This document shows positions 42,585 to 53,718 of a stretch of 64,000 bases of DNA, piece after piece (within the stretch, counting starts at the first letter, position 1; each line of letters starts with the position of its first letter). A model generated the notes under the pieces. It ran no database searches. It was given only the letters and a program-made list of their open reading frames with translations, and had not been told where the DNA came from. The position numbers and the translations under genes were made by a program. This DNA comes from Monocercomonoides exilis PA203 (Eukaryota; Protista; Preaxostyla): assembly GCA_001643675.2 (NCBI GenBank), contig LSRY02000065.1:349565-413564 (forward strand), in the 5' to 3' direction.

Positions 42585-42630
42585 CATAAAAAAAAACAAA
42601 AAAAAAAAAAAACAAAACAAAACAAAACTA
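42466..42630 (+). repeat. poly(A) plus (AAAAC)n microsatellite
   Basis: Directly visible. Confidence 0.9.
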
Positions 42631-42830
42631 AATAATAATAGAATTAGTCATAATAATAATAATTATTATTGAAAATATTATGATAATAATATGTTAATTA
42701 TACTGAAAAGCTTACTGTTTGATTTTTTTCAAATTTTATAATAAAATTGTTTTTCTACTCACGATTGAAATGATTACACTAGATTAAAAGTGAAATTTTG
42801 ACAAGTGCCTTGAATGAGGACCACCATGCT

Positions 42831-42979
42831 TTTCCACCTCCCCTGCTTTTTGATTTCCACGTATCAGGTGGAAAGGATAAATGTGGTTGTCGTTGGACAA
42901 CCACTTGCACCCTCCCAGGGGTTGTAGACAAAGTTCCGCAGACAGAACACTCACTCTGACAAAAAAAAAAATTTTGTCA
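42831..42979. other. Cluster of consecutive hairpins (candidate structured RNA or element end)
   Basis: Stems: TTTCCAC/GTGGAAA (42854-42874), GTGGTTGTC/GACAACCAC (42883-42904), CCCT/AGGG (42910-42920), TGACAAAA/TTTTGTCA (42957-42979). Confidence 0.45.
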
Positions 42980-43067
42980 TCGACAAACATTTCTGACTTT
43001 GTGTTTTTTTCCAACTTCAATTTATGTTCTGTCTATTACAACACTTCATCCACATTCACTAAGTCTG

Positions 43068-43397
43068 ATAGTTAGTCATTCCTAGTGAATGCTATATGCG
43101 CCTCAATAATATAACCAAAAGTTAGTCTACGACTATCATTTCTAACTTAATCATTTTTCAATGACAAGTCGAAAAGTTAGTCAACGCCTAACTTTGATTC
43201 TCAAACAGACTTTTTGGTACCTCATATTAACAAAATAATTTTATCAATAAAAATACCAAAGTTAGTCATTCTATCACCAACCAACTTGATAGATTTATTC
43301 ATTTGATCCAAAAGTTAGGCAAAACCTATCTTTTATATACTTAGCATTTTCACCCTCTTTTCCCCAAAGTTAGGCATCACCTAACTTCTTCTAACTT
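43068..43397. repeat. Array of six interspaced short palindromic repeats, consensus about CCAAAAGTTAG(T/G)C-n-CCTAACTT
   Basis: GTTAG cores at 43071, 43121, 43176, 43261, 43314 and 43369 (spacing 50, 55, 85, 53, 55). Most are followed by a reverse-complement-like half-site CTA(A/T)CTT. The intervening sequences are unrelated to each other. Confidence 0.75.
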
Positions 43398-43868
43398 AGT
43401 TATTTTTAAAATAACTTTAAAAAATTCACCAAATAAGTCCAACGTAAAAAGGGGAGAAGCCATCATATTTCTATAATGACTTCTCCCCTGTTTATCGTTT
43501 AGCCTCATTTCCTTTTATTAATATCCTTTTATTTATATCCAATTATAATTAATTATTATTTGTTTTTTTTTAAACCTTTTTTATTTGTTTTTAATAACCT
43601 TTTTTCTTATTTTTTATACCTTAGAAAGAATCCATATTTCAAACACAATTTCGATTCTTGGGGCATTCGAATTGATAAAAGACGATAACAACTAAGTTAA
43701 AAAGTTTAAAAATTTAAAATTAAAAAAACAAAAAATAATAAATAAATTAAATTAAATAAAAGTAAATAAAAATAAATATAAGTAAAATAACTTTAAATAA
43801 TTCAAAAATAAAAATGTAATTATATTGGGGACTAAATACACACACTGCTCCCTGTTCATCGCTTCCTT

Positions 43869-45817
43869 TCATTGCATTGACTTCTTGTCCACTATTTCCT
43901 CCAGGTCATCTTCATCGTAATCATTATCATTATCATTACAATTATCATCATCATCTTTTTTATCTTCTTCATCTTTTTCGATCAAATATTTCTTCATATT
44001 CCATTTCTTCTTTTCTTTCTTTGCCTTCTTTTCCTTCTTTATCTTCTCAATCTTTCTTTCCTGTTCTCTTTCATCTTCCTTCTTCTCTCCAGCATGTGGG
44101 TCAAAACTGCATGGGGAATCAAAATGGTCGCAAATAAAGATATTGTTAGTTGATCCATAAATCTTATTCCTTTCCTGGCATCTTCTTCTGGAGAGGTTCA
44201 CTTTGTGATTCTCCACTGTGAGGTTCAACACATTCGGATCTGTATCTCTGTGGCTAACCTCACAACCGGATGGAATCTTAGCTCCAAGATTCATCCAGCG
44301 CCATGCTATGGCATGGACAACCACTTTCTTTAAGGATCTTTTGAGGAGAAGTTCCTTTTCTTCCTTTGTCGGTTCGCTCAAAAGATCCGGCTTCTTCAAA
44401 ACGAGCTTTCTAGTTTTCTTTTCCCCCTTTTTCCTTTCGTCCTTTTCAGCGATTCTTCTTTGTTCCCTTTCGCACTTTATTTCTCTCATCTGAATTACTA
44501 GCTCATTAATATCTTCATCATTCAATTTAGGGAACTATTTGTGCACCGTCAATTGGGGATACAATCCAGTCTTCGAATCACCTTTTCTGGTACCAGTTAG
44601 TTTTGTTTTGAAGAAGAACTCTTCACCTCTTCTGACCCATTCACCGTATTTCCTTGGGCCATTTATGTGGGAGCACATGAGACAGTGGAGCTCGACAAAG
44701 TTGAAAACATTCACCAGAGCATGTGGGAATGACGGATCATACTCAAAAAGGTACAGCTCTTTCCTTTTGTTGACTGGTTCAAAAGTTTTCCGATCAAATT
44801 TCTTATCACATGCCTTTTCGGCACTTTTAAGAAATTTAACCCACCAGTCAATATCCCGCACAGGCTCCTTCCTTGGAGCAAGAGCTGTCACATGCTCAGC
44901 TGGATCCAGCTTCACAATCTTCATCACCGTCTCAGCTAAGAATCGAGCCCATTTCTCGCACTTGGTATCATCCCAATATGTTAAGCCATGAACTTTCTTC
45001 TGAGCGGCATCCACAAGCTCTCTAGCCTCATCCATCACTTCGTCTGCATCGAAGCATGGAGGATCTGCATCCTTGAACCACCCAGGAAGAATTATTACAC
45101 TAGGTAACATCAAATCCTCGAGGTCTGCATCATAGAGTCCATGTACTTGGACAAGGGGATGTTTGTTCTTTTCTTCTTTTTTCTTCTTTTTCCTTCGACC
45201 CTCGTTTTTGTCACCATCTTCATCCCTTTCATTTTTATCATCAAACTGTCCAGGATATTTTTCCTCGTCGAAAAGAACAATCACATCATCCTTGTCTTCA
45301 TACGGAACACCCTCGATGATAAACAGAGGTTCAGGATCGATCTGTGTCTGTGCTGCAAAAGACACATTGAGGCTAGCCCTGTTTATCGATGGCAGATCAT
45401 CAAGCAAAGGGACCTGCGATGCTTGATGATTGTCTGCCTCTGTGTCATCCAAGCAATATAAAAATCAGCAGTTAAATAATTATTCAATCAGAAAAGCAAA
45501 CTGAAAGCACACACAGCTTCAGCTTCCACTTCAGCTGCTGCGCTACCAATCCGGCTGCCCTCGAGATCGGAAGAGCGAGCTTCCTTGTCCATCAGGACAA
45601 CAGGAGTCATCGGTTGAGCGAAGGGAGGCAATCCTTCGGACTGCTTCTCTTTCTCTTCCTCTTTCTCCTGGGTGAGATCTATGATCCCACCGAGAAACGA
45701 CATCTTCTTCTTCTCGAAGGGCAGATGTTCGTCTTTTGGACTGTCTATGTCAGTCCCGCTGCATTCAGTCTCAGCCTTTTCCTCTTCTGACTTATCTGAC
45801 TCAGCAGACACAGTCAT
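43869..45817 (-). pseudogene. Protein with a C-terminal His-Me finger (His-Cys-box/I-PpoI-like zinc-binding loop) endonuclease domain; one in-frame TAG
   Basis: ORFs 45452-44535 and 44525-43869 are the same frame, separated by one TAG (HK*FPKLN). The motif VVVHAIAW...CEVSHRD..P..LNLTVENHKVNLSRRRC...CDHFDSPC lies at about 44324-44108. The upstream ORF 45817-45515 is a probable first exon, but its acceptor is ambiguous. Confidence 0.65.
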
Positions 45818-47504
45818 TGGTGCAGGTCTTTTTTAATATCCATATATATAAATCCAATAACAGAATATGCCCATCACACACCACCCATACCCTCAATAAG
45901 AAAGAAAGAAAAATGACACACCAGGTGTAATTAATTTTCTTCGAAGTCCCATCCGGAACCGTCTAATTGGTGTATTTATAATATTCGTATTCATATCTAT
46001 TGATATAGAAATATAGACATATAAAGTGAGAGAGGGAAAGGAGATAATTAATTATGCCAACAAATCAAAAATTCAAAAAGAATCCAGATAGGCACAAGAA
46101 CAACAGATACTGGAGCAGATGGAAAGAGAGCGTGAGCATGGAGGATGGAGTTTGTTGCCACCGCCCTGAGCAGGCCCAATCCCACTCAGGTGAAGTGAGC
46201 GCAGTTTGTCTAAATCATATTCGACAAGAGGAATAAAAGGACCCTCTGCCTCATACGATAAACAGGGACTGCCAATGATCCATCACTCTTCCCAGATGTG
46301 CACAGTCACATTAATTGAAAAAAGAGATATGGGATTAGTAATATTCCAGTCGTTATTAATTTTCAATATTCAGATGACTTCGCTTAGCATTATGCTAACT
46401 ACACATCATCTTTCCTCCTGATACGGAGTCACAGCTGGCCCCCAACCCAATAGAAGTCCTGATCAAAGGAACTTCCACACACTGTGTTTCCACAGTGATC
46501 CCCCTTTTCTTCAATGTACAATGCACATGGTGTTCCCCCTCTCAATTCTACCTATTTCACCAATTTCCCCCCATATTTTTAAATATCAGAACATAATTAT
46601 TAAAAAAATAATTATATTAAAAAAAATAAATATTTTTGTTATTATTATTTGCTATTTCATTAATAAACCGCAATAATCTTTAATATCTTATTTATCGGAA
46701 AAAATATGCAAATTTGATAACATGGGCGAAAATATGGACTTTCAAGCTTTTTTCGCACTTGGCATAGAAAAATTACTTCTCTCATGACTTTATTTTGATT
46801 TCTCAGAATTCAAAATAAAATTGATGTTCATATTCGTAAACAGGCATCGTTGAAATTAAAACAAAAAGATTTCCAACATTACACGAATGTCAAAAAATGG
46901 ACCCAATATTATTGTGTTTTTTGTACTCAGAAAATCAACGAAATGTGCACAATTTTTCAATGAAAATGCTAAAAGTTAAATATTTTTCCACACATGAATT
47001 TTTCTTTGGAATAATATTTAATACTCATTGGAATAAGAATTCGTGCTTTTCATCAACATAAATAAAGTGTTGAAAATACTTTTTTTATTAACATTTTTTT
47101 AATTTAAAAAAGTTATTGTTTTCATCCTAAATGAATTTGTTTTCTCTTAAAAAATATTATCTTATCTTGAAATTCAACATTATTCATGAATTCTATGGAA
47201 AAATTTAAATGCAAAAAAAATAATACCCATAAGTATTTTCCAAATTTAATATTACTTATGGGGCGATGTGAGATCAAATGATCTGATAATCTAATAATTC
47301 AAAATTTTGAATCACAAAAAGTTTATTATTATTTTTATTTTCCCACAATTTTGTGATTTCTTAGGAAAAGCATCCACATTTGTTTTGACAATAAAATAGA
47401 TTTCTTCATCGTTCAGCCAAACAAATTTTCTGCTGAGAGCAGAATAAAGTGGAAATACAAAAAGTGAAATGATAAAAAAAAAAAAAAAAAAAAAAACATT
47501 TGTG

Positions 47505-48922
47505 TTACAGATTAAAAAAATAATCTTCAACATTAAGAACGAAAGAATATGAAAAATACTTATCTTTAATCCAGCAATGGAGGTACCCGTAGACGCAATC
47601 TTCAAATCCCTCTTCTTCCATCTTTTCGCGCACCACCCTTTTCTTCTCTTTTCGTTTTACCTCATCATTTTCTTTTTCCATTTCACTCTTCAATCCGAAT
47701 AAAAGTATCTTTAACATTCTCAATGAATTATCAACAATCCGAAGCTTAGCATTTAATTGGACAACTTTCTCCAAAACAGCTTCAATTGCCCCATTTTTCA
47801 AAAATGCATCAATTGCCTTGTCTCTTCTTCTTACTGCTTGTATAAAAAAATACATATTCACATTGTTTATTTCCCCATAATTATCATTTGCTTCTCTGAA
47901 TCGACTGACAAGGCAATGAATCAGTTCATCGCATTCATCATCCCACGATTTACACAAATCCAAGAATTTCCCCAACGTTTTCAGCCATCTCGAGATCACT
48001 ATTCCTTCTTTTCCCATCTTCATTTTCCCCTTTCTCTTCCAATTCGCACATTTTGCCAACTCTTCCACTTCTTTTGTTGCTTCTCTTGCAAAATGCAGTT
48101 CGTTCACAATCACTTCTTCCAAACTGTCTTCATTTCTTCTTCTTTTGATCAAAAACTCCCAAGCAGATTGATAGGCAATCTGTGTAAGATTGTGGAACTT
48201 TTGATGATACTCAATAATCTCTTTGATATCAGGAAAATATAATCTTTTCTCAATATTCTAATCAAAAACAAGGAGAAAAAAATGCAAAAATATCGTTAAT
48301 AATGAAACAGAAATTATCAAACAAAATCCTCGATAATGCAGCTCAAAGTCAGCAAAGCCATTTCCACTTTTTTCTGGACTTCCTCGGTTTCCTCTTTGTT
48401 TAATGCAATAATCAAAAGGCAAGACACACAGGTCGAAAGTAATTGATGAGGAACTTCGTTATAAAACAAAAGATAGCATTCGCAAATGTTAACAAAAACC
48501 ATTTTGTTCTTTTCTTCAATCTTCTTATATTCTTCAAAAATCAGCTCCTCAAATCTTTCGAGCAAAGAAGAATGTAAAAATTCAAAATCGTAACAATTGT
48601 TCAGTAAAGAACAATTCCCGATGCACTTCAGCAGCAAAAATGCATTATTCCAATTTAACTTCTTTTCTTCAATCATTCGGCTAATTTCGTTGAACAGATC
48701 TGTTGTGAAAACAGAATCCAAAGTTTCTGAGTTCATTTCTTCTATTAGTCTATTCATTTCTTTGATTTTCTGAATTTGTTTTGCTTTCTTGCAATATTCC
48801 AGTTCAGAAAACAATTCTATAAAAAATAACAAGTATTCACTTTTATCAAGAATTCAAATACAACAATTTCACAAACTATTAAATTTTTCACTAACAGTCA
48901 ACTCCCACATTTTCACAGACAT
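47505..48922 (-). CDS. Lineage-specific multicopy helical protein (KVEMALLTLS / HNLTQIAYQSAW family), copy 2
   Basis: Exons 48922-48877, 48816-48323, 48257-47505. Motifs and intron phases match 32914-34336. Confidence 0.78.
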
Positions 48923-48999
48923 TGTGCAACCAGCAAAAACACTCATTTTTAACATTCACATGTGAAACAAAACATAACAAAATTGCAGAAAATTTCGCA

Positions 49000-50220
49000 A
49001 ATAAAATCTCACTGCAATTATTAAAATTTAATGGCACACTCCATCCTTTTAACGCGAGTATTATTGGCAAGTAATTATGAAGAGAAGAAACGTTTATCTT
49101 TTCTTGCTTTGTTGTTATGGATTCAATGATCAAATTGATTTATATGAACAGAAAAATCAGTTTGCAAGATGATAGATAGGTGAGTGAACATTGACTGCGG
49201 AATTAGTAATATTATTTCCTGTATTGGAGCGAATAACCAGAAAGGCATTCCCAACAATGGAATAATGAATGATATTTTTTTGTTTTTGGTTTTCTGAAGA
49301 AATCTAACGATTTTATTGTTTAACAGAGGTATCTGTATGTGCGTATTTTTTATTGTTTTATTCATTGCGAAGATGTTTCCATCTATATCCTTTCCAATCC
49401 CCAGGAATCCTAATTATTGTTGAAATGGCCAATCTCCTCTTTACAGAGCATAACTATGGGAATGATGATAGCTAATGTGTTACAATAAGCAAATAAAAGA
49501 ATGTGCGCATCGTCAAGCTTTTTATAATGTATTTTTATTTGAAACGAGAAATATTCACAAATTGATTCAATTATTTATTGAATGAAGATTAAAGAGGAAG
49601 GAATTCTAATAGGAAGAAATCCACACAAAATTATATAGCATTTTTGTACATAAGGAAGAGGAAGCAGTTTGTGGTAGTTTTTTTTGGGCAAGGAAAGTGG
49701 TTTTCTATTTCCAGGAAAGTATATTAATTACGAAAAAGGGGAAAACAATGCAAAGCAACGCGATTGGAGCTCAGAAGAATTTCATGTTGAACCATCTTTA
49801 TCTTTTTTACGATCAGAAGAAAATGCTTGTGCAATATGGTATTTTTGCTGTTCATTCGAGAAGATAATCCATTTTGCTTCAAAACAGAATATGATAGAAA
49901 TATGTGAGTTCTTTTAAAATGAAGCATTTGATTGGATTCTCCAGAAAAAGAAAATTTGTGTTTGGCAAATGAAAATGCTGTTTCCTCATCTTGTTCATTT
50001 GGGGCATATTGAACTGGAAGGAGCGGGGGCACAACCAATTTACTTTGATCTGCTTTGACTGCATCAGGGCTGCCAGTATGTTTTGTCATCGCATTCTTCT
50101 TCTTTTTCTATTGTAATTTTAGCTATCTCACAACAACACGGTCAGTGTTGGAGTCAGATGTTTACCAAATTTCGAAGTCGGAAGCAAAGTGTGCAACTCA
50201 AAGTTTGTGCTTCATGACAT
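49000..50220 (-). pseudogene. Possible decayed gene (hydrophobic fragments, many stops)
   Basis: Coding-like complexity and short minus-strand ORFs (49724-50089, 49123-49365), but no consistent gene model. Confidence 0.2.
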
Positions 50221-50758
50221 TTTTTATAATATCGTTTATTTTCGTATGTTACAAGATATAATACTATTGTTGAAAATGCTTTTGAATTCGATATTCGTGT
50301 TCTGTTTTTTTTTTATTGAAACCCAAGTTTTTGAAAGATTCATAGATTTTTGAACGATGGAAATTATTGTAAAAAGAAAACGATTCAATAATGTTTCTCA
50401 ATAACAAAATTCCAGAAGAAAATAAATCTTGTTCCAGTTATTCACTGTGTTTTTGTTTTGAACTTTGTTTCAAACTGTTGATAAACAAATATTATTTCTT
50501 GATCTTAAAAAAAATAAAGTTTATATTATTTTGGGTAAAGTTTCAAAAATGTGAAGTTAGTGAGTTTTATAAGAAGTGAAAGGGAAGTGATTCAAAATAA
50601 AATTTTAAAAGTACATTTTAATTCTCGAAAAACAAGCACCATTAGATGATGTTTCAAAAATTCATCTGGTTTAAATTCAATACCCACAAAAGATTTGACA
50701 GAGACGAAAAGAAATGTTGAAAATTACTTTCACATCAGCTATAAAAAAATAAACCCAA

Positions 50759-53167
50759 TCATTGATCTTCAACCTCTTCCCACACATTTGGATCAAGCGG
50801 CTGCCGAACAAATGTCTCCCCATACGTTGTCTGGAACTGCCTTCCTCCATCTCCCAAATCGTAGTGATGCTTGCGGAGCGCCGTCTTCGTTTCCGGATCA
50901 GCTGAAGACGACGAAAGAATCCCTGTCGAAGTGCCCGCCTGCGGAACCGCATCAACAGCGCGCGGGTCGTGCTTCACAAACGACGCGCGCTGTGTGGTGG
51001 CAAAAGCTGACGACTCTCCCGGTGGGAGAAGCGCAGAAGGAACAGCACCCATGTGCGCTGTCGGGCCGAAGGAGCGCGACACCACACCTCCTCCACCGCC
51101 CACAGGTGGGGCCGAGTTTGCTGTCGAGCCCGATAGCGCCACGTGGCTCCGCCGCAGGTCGTCGCGCGTGTCCTGGTCGAGCAGCGACGGGCCGGCGTCG
51201 GGGTGCGCCACGAAGTCGCCTCTGGTGGTGGAGGCAAAATGCGACGGAGGCACAGGCCCTGTCTGGTCTCCCACGGACCAGTGCTCTCTCCGCAGCTGCG
51301 TGACCATCTCGCGTGTCTGTGTGTCGCCGCGTGGCAGAGGCTTCTTCGCAAAGTCTGTTCGCTGAGTCGACTGGAACCCGTCGCGGACAGCCTGCTGGTA
51401 GCCCTCGGGGGACGCATCGCCCAAGCTCAGATGGCTCTTCTGCAGCTGGATGGTGTCTACGTTGGGTGTGTGCTTTTCAGTCAGAGTGTGGGGAACGTAT
51501 GACTGAGTTGAGTGAAGTTTTGGTTATAATAATAATAATATAGAAAAAAATAGAAGTCGATATAAGAATAATAAATTTATAAAACAAAGTATAAATTCAC
51601 ACTCTTTGTTGTGTCGATGCAAAATCGCCCACTCCATCGCCCAGTTCAAAGTTGGATCTTCTGAGAACATTTCCAATTTCTGTGCGGTCGTCGCGCGTCA
51701 GCGACCGATCAATAGGATGTTTTGTGAATTGTGCCTTGTATTCGGGAACAGGCTGCTCTTCGTTGTGCGTTCTGTCTCCAACAGTCACAGAACTTCCACG
51801 CAAAAACTGGATAGAAAGCAATACATTGTAAATGACAGATAAATATGAAAGAGAAAAAAACAAAAAAATTAAAAAAAATTGATTTTCACATTAAACATCT
51901 CTTTTCTTTTTAAAAAACATAATCATCTTATTCATATGTCACATTTATATCCATAAGCATTTGCAACCCTCAACATTTCATACCCTTTCGTTCTCAAGTG
52001 GCTTCTTCCGATACATCATCTCTCCATTCTCGTCTCTAATAGCGTCCCACACATCTGGATCCAGTTCTTTTTTCACAAATGCATCTGAAGTGGTTGTAGA
52101 AAAGTGGCCAGTGCCATCTCCAAGTGAATAATGATGCTTCCGCAATGCCGTCTTCGTCTCCGGATCGCCTGCGCCAGGGAGAATCCCAGTCGCTGCGCCA
52201 GCCTCCGGTATGCCTCTTATTGAAGTGGGATCGTATTTCACAAAATCTGATCTTTGAGTCGTCGCAAATTGAGATGAATTGTCTCCAGGCTTCAGCTGCC
52301 CTGTTCCGCCCAGTCTGGCTGTGGGCCCAAAAGAGCGGGACACAACGCCTCCACCTCCACCCAGAGGAGCAAGCGAGTTTGGTGGAGCACCTGTCAGTGT
52401 GATGTGGCTTCTTCTGATGTCGTCTCGGGTGTGCGCATCAAGCTGGGCAGGACCTGCTTCTGGATGGGCAACAAAATCTCCACGAGCGGTTGTTGCATAG
52501 TGAGATGGTGGAACAGGCCCTGATTGATCTCCGACAGACCAGTGCTCTCGTCTGAGTTGAGAAACCATGTCTCTTGTTTGACTTTGATCACGTGGGATAT
52601 CTTTTTTCCCAAATTCAGCTCTTGTTGTGGTTTGGAACCCTTCTTTCAGAGTTTGCTGAAAACTTTCAGGCGACTGATCTCCTAACGAGATATGACTACG
52701 CTGAAGCTCGGTTGTATTAATTGAAGGAGTATGCTTCTCATCAAGAGGATGCTTTGTGAAAGCCTAAAAAAATTTTATGAAATATTTTTATCACAAAAAA
52801 ATTTGAAAATAATTCAAAATAAAACCTGCTGATTATAGCTAACGAAATCTCCAACACCATCTCCAAGTTCAAAACTGGACTTTCGCAACGTATTCCCAAT
52901 TTCTGTTCTTTCATCTTGTGTCAGTGAACGTTCAATAGGATGTTGACGATATTTATCCTTATATTCACCAATTGGTTGATGATCATAATGCGTGGAGTCT
53001 CCAACAGTAACGGAGCTTCCCCTAAGAAACTATTGGTAAAAACAGCAAAAATTCAAAATAAAAATAACAAAAAACAATCAAATGCACATAATCCTAAAAA
53101 AAAGAAAGAAAACCTTTTCATTTTCTAGGGGCTTCCGTCTGTATGATTTGTCTTCTTTGAATTCCAT
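50759..53167 (-). CDS. TEX45/SAXO-like candidate microtubule inner protein (about 661 aa) with an internal two-exon duplication
   Basis: Exons 53167-53114, 53029-52826, 52763-51984, 51806-51603, 51502-50759, all phase 0. Recurrent LRxS(H/N)(F/I)xLGD...(F/Y)xTTxxxxF motifs resemble Mn-motif axonemal proteins. Confidence 0.7.
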
Positions 53168-53718
53168 TCTATTGAAATTCAACCACCCAATTAATTTATT
53201 AACACTAATAAAGGTATGGTCAGATCAAATAATGAAATGGAAAACTAACTTTTAATTCAGTATGAAAGATTTCATTTCACCTTCTTTTTGATTTTTTAAG
53301 GATATTTCGAAGCTTATCTAGCCTCTTCACATGTTCATGTGAAGGATCGATGACTAGTTGAGTCAAAAGATATCCAAGATTTTCTTTTATATTTTTTGAT
53401 TTATTTATATTTATTAATCAATTATTTTCAACTGTTTTATTTCATAAAGCTACTCATTTTTGCTATATTATTCATATTTTTAGATTAAAATGATTCCATT
53501 GCTCACAAATTACATTTTTTATGAAGACTTCTATTTTTTAAAATTTTTGTGTTCAATTTTTTGTTCAAAAGCAAATACACTCACTGATTTTTTCAAAAGA
53601 ATATTTTTGTGCTCGAAAAACTAACATGTTTATCTCTTTTTTAAATAAGACATAAAATATTTAAACAAAAGAAAAAAGTTAATGAAATGGAAACAATAAT
53701 AACAATTCTAAAAACTTT

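Noticed and set aside
42779-42830. Helitron 3' end (CTAG followed by T on the minus strand)
   Set aside because: There is no strong subterminal hairpin at the expected distance and no Rep/helicase ORF.
43068-43397. Bona fide CRISPR array
   Set aside because: The repeats are short and degenerate, one interval is irregular, no cas genes are present, and the context is eukaryotic. It is kept as an unexplained array.
42780-46560. Hammerhead ribozyme or group I intron hosting the nuclease
   Set aside because: No CUGANGA...GAAA core, recognisable group I elements or flanking rRNA were seen by eye. An Infernal search would settle it.
50695-51543. Plus-strand ORFs over the GC-rich island, or a foreign insertion
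   Set aside because: They are antisense shadows of the GC-rich last exon, which is a clear duplicate of the neighbouring exon.
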